A DNA stretch of 64,000 nt from the NCBI GenBank assembly GCA_965216025.1, contig CBDCEX010000017.1:455189-519188 (forward strand). Direction: 5' to 3'. Positions within the stretch are counted from its first letter, which is position 1; each line of letters opens with the position of its first letter. Shown here piece after piece: positions 33,524 through 44,703 of the stretch. The position numbers and the translations under genes are program-made. The notes beneath the pieces were generated by a model, which was given only the letters and a program-made list of their open reading frames with translations, was not told the DNA's origin and ran no database searches. The DNA comes from Dehalococcoidia bacterium. Lineage in GTDB: Bacteria; Chloroflexota; Dehalococcoidia; Lucifugimonadales; UBA3495.

Positions 33524-35017
33524 CTCATTCCCTCCGGGGCTGCGCCGGATGCGTCTGAGACAATTCTGCGGTTTTTCCTCCTCAGGGGGTCCCGGCTGGG
33601 CTTTGGCGCCGCCTGATGCGTTGGGGATGGAACTGGAGGGACACTGGTGCCTGAAGGTTGCGAACCTAGGGATGCTGGGGTTTTTCCTCAGGGCTGATGG
33701 TGCTTCTCCACTTCCGGTCTTCGACCGGCGGGTTCCGCTGCGCTTTGCCCGAGAAACTTTCTGGGGAACTTTCTGGGGAATTGGAGGCGTGGTGGGGATT
33801 GCCCGGCCTCCAATTCCTCGGGCGGAATTGTCTCAGACTCAACCTGCTGTTGGAAAATCCGTGGTGGATCACCTGGAGCCGATTTAAGGCCGCTTCCGCC
33901 GCAGGGGTGTCCGCGGGGATGCTGCTGATGTCATGAGGGCATCTGCGAGCGATTATGGGGCTTTCTGAGGCATTTCAGCGGGGGGGTCGGGGGGTTGTTC
34001 CAGCCCAGCGGTGCCCGGCTCCTGGTTTTTGGGTGGGTTGTGGATGGCGTGACTATTCCTCGGCTCATCTGGGTCCCTGTGGAACCAAGAGACCTGGGGA
34101 GGAGGAAGTCCAGCGTGTGAGTCCCAGGCTGTGGAGTTGTTGCCCGGAGCCCGGTTCAGAATCCCGGTTCAGAATCAGGCCGGAGCCTTGGGCAGCGGCT
34201 TGGTGGGGAGAGATCCTCCTGCCTCAGTTTCCGGGTTCCCTGACCCTCCGGCCGGGATTAGTAGCAGTAGTCCACAGTTCATCTGGGTCCCACTGCCCGA
34301 GAGATACCCTGGCATTTCAGCCCCTGGCCCTGGCATTTCAGCCCTGGGCCTGAACCGAAGTCGATCCTGCTCCAGGCGGGAAAAGCTCGAAGAGGTGGCG
34401 TCCTGGCAGCGGGGGCAGCCCTCGCAGCGCCTACCGCCGGCCATCTGTGCTGATCCAAGGTGGGAGTACTCGGTCTCGGGTCGCGTGAGGGTGGTGGTCA
34501 TGCCATCTTCTCCTATGGAGCTTGGGTGTACTGTTGGTTTGGTCCGCTTTCGACTGTGGGGGTCAGAAAACTGCAGGTGGCGATGGTCAGGCATATGTGG
34601 TCCTGGTGGTTTGCTGCTGTCAATCCGTTCCCCCTTCCCTGGGATCAGTTCCCCTTCCCATCCACCACCCCGCGGTGGCGGTGCCCGGCGGGAATACGGC
34701 CGTCAGCACCATGTAGCCTATGCCTACATCCGTCAGCCCGGCTTGGAATGCCGCCAGTCCCTCACGAAGAAGACTGCGCCGGCCATCACCCCCATGGTTG
34801 CTCCTATGGCGATCCACGACCCCGGCCGGGAGAGCCAGTGCTTTTTCCCAGAGCCCCTGGCCCTAAACCTGTTTCTGGCCCTGGCCCGGTTCCGGCTTTC
34901 TTGTCTGTTCCGTCCGGTTGCCATCGTTCTTTCTCACAGCTCCTGTTTTTCGTTTCTGTTCTCTGATTCTACCAGCACATGCCGGTGGTGTTCGCAGCTC
35001 TTACGTTGCTGCAGCGC

Positions 35018-35299
35018 TCAGAATGGTGGGGCGAAACCCTGTCGCCCCTCCCACAGCTGGGGTAGTCTCGCCTTCATCGTCTGAAATACTTCACGGTAGT
35101 GTTTCACGTACCGGGGCTGGAATTGGCTCACCGGGCAGTCCAGCTTCTTCGCCATGATGTCGAAGGCCTGCTTCCTGGTCTGGGCGACGAACTCGCCCTT
35201 CTGGAAGTGGAATGTCTGGGCGATGAATCGCTGCACCCCGGTTGCCAGGAGGCTGTCGCAGAAGGTGTCCGTATCCCGGACCAGTAGGAGGGGCGTCAT
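35018..35299 (-). CDS. Hypothetical protein
   Basis: 93-aa ORF with a non-repetitive, coding-like composition. No motif recognised. Confidence 0.3.
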   Translation of the reverse strand: MTPLLLVRDTDTFCDSLLATGVQRFIAQTFHFQKGEFVAQTRKQAFDIMAKKLDCPVSQFQPRYVKHYREVFQTMKARLPQLWEGRQGFAPPF

Positions 35300-36254
35300 G
35301 GTGATGCAGGACTGGATGCCGGCCCTGTGACGGGTGGCAAGCCCCCGGCACCTTTGCGACGCCGGGGGCTTGATATTTGAATTGTGATAGCCTTATACGG
35401 GGCCTGTGGACATTCGGCTACTGCCCTCTGTGTCGTCGAGCGTCCTGCGGCTCTCGGGTTTAGCCTGACGGTCCTCCCATCATCATCCCGCACTCGGCTG
35501 CCGCACTGAAGAAGGCCAGGGGCGGCTCTCCCTCTTTGGATTCCAGAGATGCCGCGATTCCTTCGGGTCCGCCCAGCATGTTCATGACGCACTGCATGGG
35601 GCGAACTCAGACAGGATTGTCGTCCTGGCGCTGGGGGTGGACCGCGGGTCCTGCGGTGGGGGCAGGCGAGGGACTCTCTTACCCGCTCCCTTGGCCAAGG
35701 GGAACAGGAGGGAATGTCGAACAAGCCATAAGCCCACACAGAAACGAGGTCGGGCCGTTTAACCTGTATTCAGAGGGATAGTCCTGACCTCTTGCGGTGG
35801 GACCCACCAAGTCTGTCTAAGAGGGCCCTTCTTCCTGGCTTCGTCCCTTCAAGCAGCGTCCCTGGCGGTCGTATACTGTATCTATGGACGGGGGAGGTCC
35901 TGGAATTGGTTGTTGGAGGATGGGTAAACATGGCGACAGGTAGCTTGAGGCCGCACCTCGTGCGGGTGATGTCGGCCCGGCGGGAGCGGCCCCGGAGCAC
36001 CGGGGAGATCTACGAGGCGGTTGCCGTGACCTGAAAACCGACTCACGTTGCCAAAAACGGGGATATTTGAATACATCCGGCGCCCTGAGAGCCGATTTGA
36101 GGATCTCGTTTCCCCCGGGGCAGTAATGGTGTCTTGAGAGGAGAACTTCGCGGCGCTGGCCGTGGCGGCGTCTGCGAACCCCTTTGAGGACACTCCTACC
36201 CCACCGTAGAGGCGGTGGAAAAGTGAAAGGGAATCAATCCAGGAGGAGCAACAT

Positions 36255-36419
36255 ATGACCAGTGCTGCTAGTGACCAGATCTACTGCTTCAAGTGCCGCA
36301 GCAAGACCGACACCCTGGAGGCCCAGGAAGTGGTCCTGAAGAACGGACGTCCCGCCGTCACCGGCCAATGCACCGTCTGCGGGACCAAGAAGTTCCGCAT
36401 GGGTGCGGTCAGGAAGTGA
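36255..36419 (+). CDS. Small zinc-ribbon protein (DUF5679-like)
   Basis: AGGAGGA SD 7 nt upstream. MTSAASDQIYCFKCRSKTDTLEAQEVVLKNGRPAVTGQCTVCGTKKFRMG has CxxC...CxxC. It is absent from the ORF track because it is under 60 aa. Confidence 0.6.
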   Translation: MTSAASDQIYCFKCRSKTDTLEAQEVVLKNGRPAVTGQCTVCGTKKFRMGAVRK

Positions 36420-36782
36420 CCGGCGGAAGTGAGAGACTTTGTTGCGCTGCTGTAGCTTGTAACCCGGGCCAGGCTGGTTAGGCTACCAGGACCGGCTGAG
36501 CTGGCTCCTAGAGACAGCCGGTCCTCCGTCTGTGATGGTTATTTCCTCCCCCTGGTCGGGGATATAGCCCATTGTGAATGCGGCAAGCAGCCCAAGCACC
36601 AGGGCAAGCGGTGCTGTTGTTGCCAGGGCTCTGGCTCTCGTGTTCAGCTTTATCATGACGGCGGCCATTATTGCGCTGTCCCTAGCGTGTGTCGATAACT
36701 CGGCAGCCGATGCTGTGATCAGGTCGCTTCGATCGCAGCCTTGAAGCTCTATCAAAAATGTACGAGAGTGCTCGGATGAGAT

Positions 36783-36944
36783 TTACTGTGCCGATATGAT
36801 GACTTTGAGCGCAGCCGGAGGAGGGTCACCCACAGCCTCTTTGTCAATGTAGACGCTTTGGATGATGCTGCCGTCCTCGGTGCCGTATACCACTTTGTTT
36901 TTGGTAGCTTTGGACTGGTGCAGTATGAGGGTCAGAGTCTCCAT
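36783..36944 (-). CDS. Small hypothetical protein (53 aa)
   Basis: AGGAGG SD 7 nt upstream of the ATG. METLTLILHQSKATKNKVVYGTEDGSIIQSVYIDKEAVGDPPPAALKVIISAQ. Confidence 0.4.
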   Translation of the reverse strand: METLTLILHQSKATKNKVVYGTEDGSIIQSVYIDKEAVGDPPPAALKVIISAQ

Positions 36945-37168
36945 CGGTGTGCCTCCTGACTTTTTGTTTACGCTGAGGTCGGCTGTACCTTGCTCTTAAG
37001 GTACTGGTTGGGCGTCAGATCAACCGCAGGGGCGGTCGGCTTGGCAAATTCGCAATCTTCGTTGCAGTTGGCGCCCTTGGCCGCCTGCATAGCGCCTGGA
37101 TGGCAGTCGTATCTTTGAGGATCCGCGCCTCCGATGGACAGACGCCACTGCGCCGACAGCAGCAGTAT

Positions 37169-37888
37169 TCATTCTTCATCCCAAGCCACCTCACAGGCAA
37201 GGTAATCGCGGAGCAACATCCGGATGAGGGTTTGATTTCCTAGCTGATAGACGGCATATCGGTACGTGCCAGGTTGAACCTCAACCCATCCACCCGGCTG
37301 CAAGTCGCCAATTACCATGCGTTGCATCATTCTGCTGCCCACTTCCGTCCAGAGCATACTTTCAGGCTCACTCCCAAAGTGAGCCTTCTGTTCATCCGAC
37401 ATTACGAGGATTGGGCTGAAACCAACGTATGCCGGATCGGACAGGAGGGGCAACCCAAGCTCAAAGAGAGAGTGTCCACGAGCATTCTTGACGATGACCC
37501 GAGCTATTCGCTCAATTTCGGGAGTCCATTGGACTTCGGGGTCTCCCCAGACAGTAGCCTGTACTTGCCGAGATCGCTCAATCCGCTCCCTCAACGGTGC
37601 ACTATATGTCAGCGTCTTGGCAGCAGTGGGAAACCGGTCAGGGTCTGGATTTGTAGAGCCACTGATTACGGCCGCAAGGAAAGCAGAAAAGTATTGTTCG
37701 TCTTTGGAGAACCCTGCGTTGCACTGCTGGCATACGTCTACAACGGGAAGGTTCTCAGGGTAAGGGGGCTCTAGGAGAGCCTTGCTTGGCACATGGTCCT
37801 TAGTCCGTTTCACCTCCTGAAGGCACGCATCACAGTAGATGCAAATGTCTCTGTATCGTTCATCACTGTAATTATTCAGTTGTCTCAT
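37169..37888 (-). CDS. HNH-motif protein with an uncharacterised ~150-aa C-terminal domain
   Basis: CIYCDx12KDHVPSK ... VCQQCNAGFSKDE gives a CxxC...DH...CxxCN arrangement typical of HNH/His-Me finger nucleases. Confidence 0.6.
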   Translation of the reverse strand: MRQLNNYSDERYRDICIYCDACLQEVKRTKDHVPSKALLEPPYPENLPVVDVCQQCNAGFSKDEQYFSAFLAAVISGSTNPDPDRFPTAAKTLTYSAPLRERIERSRQVQATVWGDPEVQWTPEIERIARVIVKNARGHSLFELGLPLLSDPAYVGFSPILVMSDEQKAHFGSEPESMLWTEVGSRMMQRMVIGDLQPGGWVEVQPGTYRYAVYQLGNQTLIRMLLRDYLACEVAWDEE

Positions 37889-38024
37889 ACCGCTTCAACT
37901 CTCCCGTCCCATCATGATGATGTAACTGGGTAGGGTAGGTAGTTGCGTTGCCGGACTGGGCCGAGTTTTCCGTAATTACCAAGGTTTGGGGAAAGCGGGC
38001 CACCTCATTCCTGACTGGCAGCTC

Positions 38025-39020
38025 CTAACCCCTCCTTCCCTGGTAATACCTGGCCACCGCGCCCCGTCCCGCCGCCTGGCGCTCGGTGTATCTCGCCGGC
38101 ATCCTCGATGATTTCCACCGGCCGGCGGTCATCAGTTCCGGCAGCTCCATCCCCGAGGCGGCCAGGTCCTGGGCCATGCCCACGCGGCCGCTGTGGCCGG
38201 TGAAGCCTTCGCCCAGCCCCGCGGCCTTTGCCGCGGCGTCGATCCTCCGGCCGATCTGGCTGGCGGAGAGCCCGAAGACCGGCGCGGCGGGATCCACGAC
38301 GCCCGCATCCTCGGGCATGATGGCCTGCAGGGCCTGGGCGGCCGCCTGGCCAACGTACAGGACCGCGCCCTCCGCCTCCGGATCCGTCTTGGACCGGCGG
38401 ATGTGCAACAGGGCAACGCCGTCCTCCTGGAGCTCCACGTCGCCCCAGCGGAGCTCCGCGGCCTCCGAGCGCCGGAGCAGACCATCTCGCAGCACTGACA
38501 ACAAAGCGACGTCCACCCTGCCGCGGCGCTCGGCATCCCGGGCGCTCTCCCCCCGCCTGACCCGGCCCTGGTGCTGCCGCGGGGCATTGGCCGTTGCCTT
38601 CACTGCCGCCAGGGCCGTCTCGGTTAACGGCTTCGCCTGGCGCTGCGGGCGGCCGTTGGCCCGTGCAATACCGGCCATGACCCTCTTCACCCCCTCGTTA
38701 TCGGTGGGGTCCTGGTGACCGGCGGACCGGTGGACCTTGGCCAGCGCCGCTTTCTGCAGGCGGAGGGTGGCCACCGACAGGCCCTCTTCGGCCAGCTCCG
38801 CCAGGAAGGCGGCTGCCAGCTCGGGCGTCGCCGGCAGGGGGTGGCCCGGGCCACGCTGTTTTATCCAGACCTCGAACCGGCGCCATGCCTGGGCGTAAGC
38901 GCGCCTGGTGTTGGCCGACGTGGAGCCGTCCAGGGCGGCCTGGATCCGGCGCTGGTCCTGCAGGGTGAGGCCGTTGGGCGCCAGGTCGCCGGAGGGATGG
39001 TGCAGGGGCTGAAGAGCCAT
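38025..39020 (-). CDS. Tyrosine recombinase / phage-type integrase
   Basis: N-terminal SAM-like domain (RRAYAQAWRRFEVWI, ATLRLQKAALAKVH). Catalytic part with LRRSEAAELRWGDV, HSGRVGMAQDL and RWKSSRMPARYTE. Confidence 0.9.
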   Translation of the reverse strand: MALQPLHHPSGDLAPNGLTLQDQRRIQAALDGSTSANTRRAYAQAWRRFEVWIKQRGPGHPLPATPELAAAFLAELAEEGLSVATLRLQKAALAKVHRSAGHQDPTDNEGVKRVMAGIARANGRPQRQAKPLTETALAAVKATANAPRQHQGRVRRGESARDAERRGRVDVALLSVLRDGLLRRSEAAELRWGDVELQEDGVALLHIRRSKTDPEAEGAVLYVGQAAAQALQAIMPEDAGVVDPAAPVFGLSASQIGRRIDAAAKAAGLGEGFTGHSGRVGMAQDLAASGMELPELMTAGRWKSSRMPARYTERQAAGRGAVARYYQGRRG

Positions 39021-39113
39021 GTTTCCACCTGATGTAAAAGTGTCTACTTGGGGAGCGTGGCCGGCGGCCGCAACGGGCAGATGTCACCCCGGATGCGCGG
39101 CTCCGGCCGGTGA

Positions 39114-39269
39114 TTATTCCTCGTCATCGTCCCCGTCATCGTCGTCGTGGTACTCTTCGTAATCTTCCATAGCTAGGACCCACCACCAGTATTCGGCGCG
39201 GGTGGCCCGGCCGCTGAAGTCGCCGTATTTCCGAAGGCATGTCTTCACCGCGTCGGGGAAAGTCATCAT
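39114..39269 (-). pseudogene. DUF805-like N-terminal fragment
   Basis: MMTFPDAVKTCLRKYGDFSGRATRAEYWWWVL matches the DUF805 start. It then runs into an acidic tail with no TM helices. Confidence 0.35.
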
Positions 39270-39454
39270 GGGTTTGGTTTGAGCCGGCTTTGCACAAAAA
39301 ATGTGTTTTATTGCCTATTTTTTGTGCAAGATTGTTTTTATTCGCGTAAATTTCCTGGGCCTTCGTCTTGGTCCTTGCTCCTGCAACCCATTCTATCTGG
39401 ACTTGAACCACCGAACTTTCCGTTCCACTTTGTGGGATGTGCTTTCCCCTAGTC

Positions 39455-40793
39455 CTATTGTTGGTAGGTCAGCTTGAATATCATCCCGTTGAGGTCGTCC
39501 TGAAAGGCCTGGTCCTCTGTGTACTTCCTGTAGAGCTCCGTGTTGTCCCGGAGCATCGCCGTTATCTGCCGCTTCAGGGCCGCGTCATGTTCAATCTTTG
39601 CGTTCTGCCTGTCCGAGTGCATCTTCGCGTTCTGGTACGCCTCATCCTCATTCACCCGGTCGGGCATGTCCTTGATAATTTCGGTGATGTGGTCGGGGTT
39701 GTTGAACGAGTTCCCCCAGGTTTTGTTGAACTCGTCCAGGATGAGGGACAGGAGTTCGAGCAGGGGAACCTGCACTCCCCCGCCCCTTTCGCCCTGTACC
39801 GGGTCTATCTCTGCGTCCTCATCTTGCAGGGCTATCTGGACGGCCGCCTGCTTCTCGGTCCGGTAGGTCTCCATGTCGACGGCTTCCAGTATCCCCAACG
39901 ACAGATCCTGCTCCTCTGGCGCCGGCAGCTTCGGTATGAGGAAGTTCAGGAATATCGAGAGTTTTTCCCAGCCGGCGTTCGTGTACGGCAGGATTTGCGA
40001 CAAAAACCCGTAGAGCCGGGTGAATGACTTCGCGGACCCCTTGAACCTCACCTGCTCGTCTTCGGTGAGTTCCACGTACCTCTCGGCACACTGCCCCAGG
40101 ATGGGCTCGAAGGTGGACCGCTCCTCCCCTGCTAGGTATTTCTGGACCAGGTCGTCTATCTCCTCCTGGGAGTAGACCTGTGCTTGGTCCAGCCCTCCCT
40201 TCAGGTCGTGGAGCTTGTCCGGGTCGGTCTCGTCGGAGAGGATGGTGGTCCGGTAGTAATCTCCGAAAGATTCTTGGATAACCTCTGTGGTGTTCAGGAA
40301 GTCCAGCACGAAGGTGTCTGATTTCTTCGGGTGGAAGCGGTTGAGCCGGGAAAGGGTCTGGACTGCCCTGATACCCGAGAGGTGCTTGTCCACGTACATA
40401 GTGTGGAGGAGCGGCTCGTCGTACCCCGTCTGGAACTTGTCGGCGCAGATCAGGATCCGGTACGGGTCCTGTTGGAAACGCTCCGCAGTGCCGCTCTCGG
40501 GGAAGCCGTTCAGTTGCGCCTCGCTCACTTCCTGGTCGTGGAGGCCCTCCACTTTTCTGGCTCCCGAAAAGGCGACCAATGCCCTGAAGGGTAGTTCCCG
40601 TTCGGTGATGATTCCCCTGATGGCGTGGTAATACCTGATGGCCCGGTCCACCCCGTCCACAACGACCATGGCCCGTGCTTCACCGCCCATCTTCTTTGGC
40701 GTGAACACCGAATCGTTGAAGTGGTCGATGATTATGCCCGCTTTCTGGGTGATGGCGTACTCGTGGTTCTCGACGTACCGGCGGAGCTTGCTC
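39455..40793 (-). pseudogene. hsdR: Type I restriction enzyme R subunit, C-terminal part
   Basis: The frame is open from the IS boundary (SKLRRYVENHEYAITQKAGIIIDHF..GGEARAMVV..). The helicase C-terminal and HsdR C-terminal regions are present. It joins 42434-44003 once the inserts are removed. Confidence 0.85.
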
Positions 40794-40797
40794 CTAG

Positions 40798-42255
40798 TAT
40801 TACAACGTCAGTTAGTTTGATAGGATGACTGTGTAGCTGGAGAGGGAATAGGCAGGTGAGGTGGGGATGTGGATGCGGCAGCTTTCGAGCAGGTGTACGG
40901 GTCATTTCGGGATTTTCACGCTTACTTCGCGCCGCTGTTTGGCCGCCGGGAGACGCGGGAGCACAGCGGTCATTATCTCCAGGCCCTGCTGGTACAGTCT
41001 GGGGAGCGGCGCAACGCTGAGAACCTGTCGGAGACGGTTCCGGGGTCAGCCCGAGGGATGCAGCGGTTTCTCACCGATTCTCCCTGGGACGATGAGGTGA
41101 TTATAGGACGGCTGCAGGAGTACCTGGGAACCCGGCTGGAGCATCCGGAAGGGGTGTGGGTGCTGGACGGCAGCGACTTTCCCAAGCAGGGGAGGAAGTC
41201 GGTGGGAGTGGCCCGGCAGTACTGCGGGAGGCTGGGGAAGGTGGCCAACTGCCAGGCGGGGATGTTCCTGGCCTATGTCAGCCCGTTGGGACGGGCATTG
41301 GTGGACAAGGGGCTGTATCTGCCCGAGAGTTGGACCTCGGACAAAGACCGGTGTGAGGCGGCGGGTGTGCCGGAGGATAGGCAGGGCTACCGGTCCAAGA
41401 CGGAGTTGGCCTTGGAGATGGTGGGGCGGGCACAGGAGCGGGGCCACCTGAAGGCTGGATGGGTCGCGGCGGACGACGCCTTCGGGATGTCGCCGTCCTT
41501 CCGGGAGGGCCTGGCGGCCTTGGGGATGTGGTACGTGCTGGACGTTCCGTCCGGCTTTACGGTGTGGCCGCCGGAGCCTGCCTGGACCAGTGCGGAGTAT
41601 CAGGGATTCGGGCGTCCCCGCAAACCCAGGCTGCGAGACGGTCAGTGCCGGACCATGGAGCAGCGCAGCGACGAGTTGCCGGAGGAGGCCTGGCGGGAGA
41701 TAACGGTGGCCGAGGGAAGCCAGGGGCCACGCAGCTACCTTTTCAGCGCCCAGAGGGTGCGACCGACCAGCAGGCGCAAGCCCGGCGAAATCCACTGGGC
41801 CGTCTACCGCCGGAACCGGGACGGCAGCGAACCCCGCTACTACCTGTCCAATGCTCCGGAGGATACCCCGTTGGAGACCCTGGCATACGTGGGAGGCTCC
41901 CGTTGGCGTATAGAAACGGAGTTTGAGACGGAGAAAAGCGACGTAGGCCTGGACGAGTACGAGACCCGCACCTGGGCTGGCTGGCATCACCACGTGGCCC
42001 TGTGCCTGCTGGGCGGAGCTTTTCTGCTGAGCCTGCAACAGGCTTGGGGGGAAAAAGATGCCCCGGATCACGAGGCCACAGGTGTACCGGGTGGTGCGGG
42101 AGATGCTGCCCCGGGAACGGTTCGGGCCAACCGAGTTGCTGCGGTGGCTTGAGGATACGCAGGACAGTAACGAACGGGCCAAACGCTCCCATGCCAAGCG
42201 CCGCGCCGCCATGCGGGCATCACCCCACATCCCTCCCTGAACTGACGTTGTAATA
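40798..42255 (+). mobile_element. IS701-family insertion sequence inside hsdR
   Basis: 16-bp terminal IRs TATTACAACGTCAGTT (40798-40813) and AACTGACGTTGTAATA (42240-42255), flanked by CTAG on both sides (40794-40797, 42256-42259). Confidence 0.85.
40869..42240 (+). CDS. IS701-family transposase, with a frame change near the 3' end
   Basis: VWVLDGSDFPKQG, WVAADDAFG, RWRIETEFETEKSDVGLDEYE. The C-terminus continues in ORF 42058-42240 after a G6A5 run at about 42046-42056. Confidence 0.85.
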
Positions 42256-42433
42256 CTAGAAGTCTGGCCGGAAACCTCGATTCCCCCTAGGCCAGCGTTT
42301 TCTTAACGTCGATTATCGATGGCATAGTGGGTATTGCAACGTATTACATGCACCACCATGCCATATAAGTCTTGAATACGGCTGCTTCGCGTAGCGCAAA
42401 ACCCGGCCAATGGCTTTCCGGCCAGACTTCTAG
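42256..42433. mobile_element. 178-bp MITE, copy A (inside hsdR, adjacent to the IS701)
   Basis: Terminal IRs CTAGAAGTCTGGCCGGAAA / TTTCCGGCCAGACTTCTAG. The same element occurs at 48223-48400 (inverted) and 56344-56521. Confidence 0.85.
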
Positions 42434-44003
42434 CCCTCTTTGAGTCGAACTTGGGGTAGTCGTCGATGTTCTTGATGACGTTGAAGTACCGGCTGACCGG
42501 GGTGTAGTTGGTCAGCACGTCCATGATGAAGCCCTCTTCTATGGCCTGCTTCATCGTGTAGTTGTGGAAGGGCAGGTGTCTTACCTTCCCGTCGGGCTGG
42601 GGGTCCGGGATCCCAAACATTTCGAGGGTCTTGTTCTTGGGGGTGGCGGTGAACGCCAGGTAGGAGGCGTTGGTGAGCATCCTCCGGCTCTCGATGATCC
42701 GGTTTACCTGGTCCTCGAAGGTGTCTTCGTCCTCTTCGCTTTCTGACGTTCCTTCTCCCAGGGCCTGGGCCACGGCGCCCGCCGCCCTTCCACCCTGGCT
42801 GGAGTGGGCCTCATCTATGATGATGGCGAACCTGCGGTCCCGGTGATCGTTGCCTATGTCGTCCAGTATGAAGGGAAACTTCTGGACTGTGGTGATGATG
42901 ATTTTCTTCCCTTCTTCAATGAACCTGCGGAGGTCCCCCGACCTGTCGGCGTGTCCAACCGTGGACGCAACCTGGGTGAACTGTCGGATGGTCCCGTCAA
43001 TCTGACGGTCCAGCACCCTGCGGTCGGTGATGACGATGATGGAGTCGAAGGCGGGTTTTCCTTCGTATTCCACCCCGATCAGTTGCCGGGCCACCCAGGC
43101 GATGGAGTTGGACTTTCCGCTGCCGGCCGAGTGCTGGACCAGGTACTTCTGTCCGGCGCCGTTTTCTTCCGCATCAGAGAGGAGTTTCCGGACAACATCG
43201 AGCTGGTGATACCTGGGCCATATCTGCCGGTTGTTCGTCTTCTGGGCGTAGTTTTCAAGGATGTCGGTGAGTCCGTCGGGGGTGAGTATCTCCTCCCAGA
43301 GGTAGGCGGTCTTCATCCCGCCCGGGTTGACCGGGTTGCCGGCGCCGCCGTTCTCCTTGCCCTTGTTGAAGGGGAGGAAGTCGGACGCCTTGCCCTTCAG
43401 TTCAGTGCAGAATTTCACCTCTTCATCGTCGACGGCGAAGTGGACGGCGCACCGGCCGAGCCGGAAGAGGTCCTCCTGCGGGCTTCGGGATGTTTTGTAT
43501 TGCTCCACGGCGTCGGCGACGGTCTGGCCTGTGAACCGGTTCTTGAGTTCCATGGTGATGACCGGTAGGCCGTTCACGAACAGAGCGATGTCCAGGGACA
43601 GTTGCTGGTTGCTGGCGCTGTACCTGAGTTGCCGGGTGACGGAGAACCGGTTCTGCCGGTAGCGCTCTTCGGCCTGGGTGTTGCCCCGGGTTGGAGTCCC
43701 GTAGAAGAGGGTTATCTCGTTGGGTCCGTGCTGCACTCCCTTCCGGAGTACGTCGATGATGCCCCGACTGGTGATCTCCCGTTTGAGGCGGTCCAGGAAC
43801 CTTCTTCTCGTGGTGGAATCTGCGGCTAGGTCCAGTGAGGCCGCAGTCTCTGGCTGGGTGGCCTGAAGGAAGTCGGAGAGGTGGCTGAGGTCGACGCAGT
43901 GGGCGCGTTCGTAGTCCTGCGGGTCGCCAGGGAGCCACCCGTTGTTGGTCAGGGAAGTGGTGATCAGGGCTTCCAGACCCTTCTCGGTGGTGTCGGTGAC
44001 CAT
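42434..44003 (-). pseudogene. hsdR: Type I restriction enzyme R subunit, N-terminal part
   Basis: The HsdR N-terminal nuclease region, Walker A HSAGSGKS and IIDEAHSSQ (DEAH) are present. The ORF tail RSLAGKPLAGFCATRS.. is MITE read-through. Confidence 0.9.
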
Positions 44004-44086
44004 GGTGCTGTCCTCGGGGGTGTTGTTGCTCTCTTGGCAACCATCATCCCAACAACGATGTGGCTGGTCAACGGGACGGTCTTCTT

Positions 44087-44407
44087 CTACGGTATCTGTA
44101 CGTCCTTCAGTTCGCCGGGCTGTAACCCTTCCAGGGCGATGCGGACGACTTCAGTGTTCCTCGCCATGCGCGGCCAGGAAGTGTTCATCAGGACAACAAC
44201 TGCGATCTGGCGGTTGGACATGTTCTGCTGGTATCGGATGCTCTGGTCCGTGGTTAGTAGTACATCGAACCCGGCTTCTTCGGCCCGGTCCATCAGAACG
44301 CCGTTGGCCAGAGTATCCCATCCTCGCTCCACGGACGTTTCCACTTCATGTCCGAAGAGTCGGCGGCGTAGAGGTCTGGGCGTTCCCTTATCGAACAGTA
44401 TGCTCAT
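44087..44407 (-). CDS. DUF5615 / PIN-like (Mut7-C-type) putative toxin
   Basis: MSILFDKGTPRPLRRRLFGHEV...DRAEEAGFDVLLTTDQS fits the DUF5615 pattern. It overlaps the DUF433 gene by 20 nt. Confidence 0.6.
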   Translation of the reverse strand: MSILFDKGTPRPLRRRLFGHEVETSVERGWDTLANGVLMDRAEEAGFDVLLTTDQSIRYQQNMSNRQIAVVVLMNTSWPRMARNTEVVRIALEGLQPGELKDVQIP

Positions 44408-44630
44408 CAGGTACCCTGGCCCGTAGGTCCTGAGCCACGAACTCCAGTACTGCTTTCACGTCCGCTTCTTCCACGCCTTCAAACCATTCCATGAAATCGT
44501 AGATCGTGGCTCCTGATGCCAGGTTTTCAAACAGGGAATACACCGGCAACCTGGTTCCTCTGAATACCCAGTTGCCGCTCACTTTACCCGGCACGCTCTC
44601 CACCTCGGGGCAGTTGCTCCAGTTGATCAT
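44388..44630 (-). CDS. DUF433 putative antitoxin
   Basis: VPGKVSGNWVFRGTRLPVYSLFENLASGATIYDFMEWFEGVEEADVKAVLEF fits the DUF433 signature. Confidence 0.65.
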   Translation of the reverse strand: MINWSNCPEVESVPGKVSGNWVFRGTRLPVYSLFENLASGATIYDFMEWFEGVEEADVKAVLEFVAQDLRARVPDEHTVR

Positions 44631-44703
44631 GTCCGCATCTCCTGTTCTGGGGGTTGACTGTCCTAGCCTGTTCTGTTGTTTAGAGTGTGGTGAAGGCTTC
44701 TAG

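Noticed and set aside
33955-35084. Long plus-strand ORFs (132, 317 and 168 aa) in the 34-35 kb region.
   Set aside because: The products are Pro/Gly/Arg/Ser-rich and contain short DNA stutters. They have no SD sequences or motifs and overlap each other in all frames.
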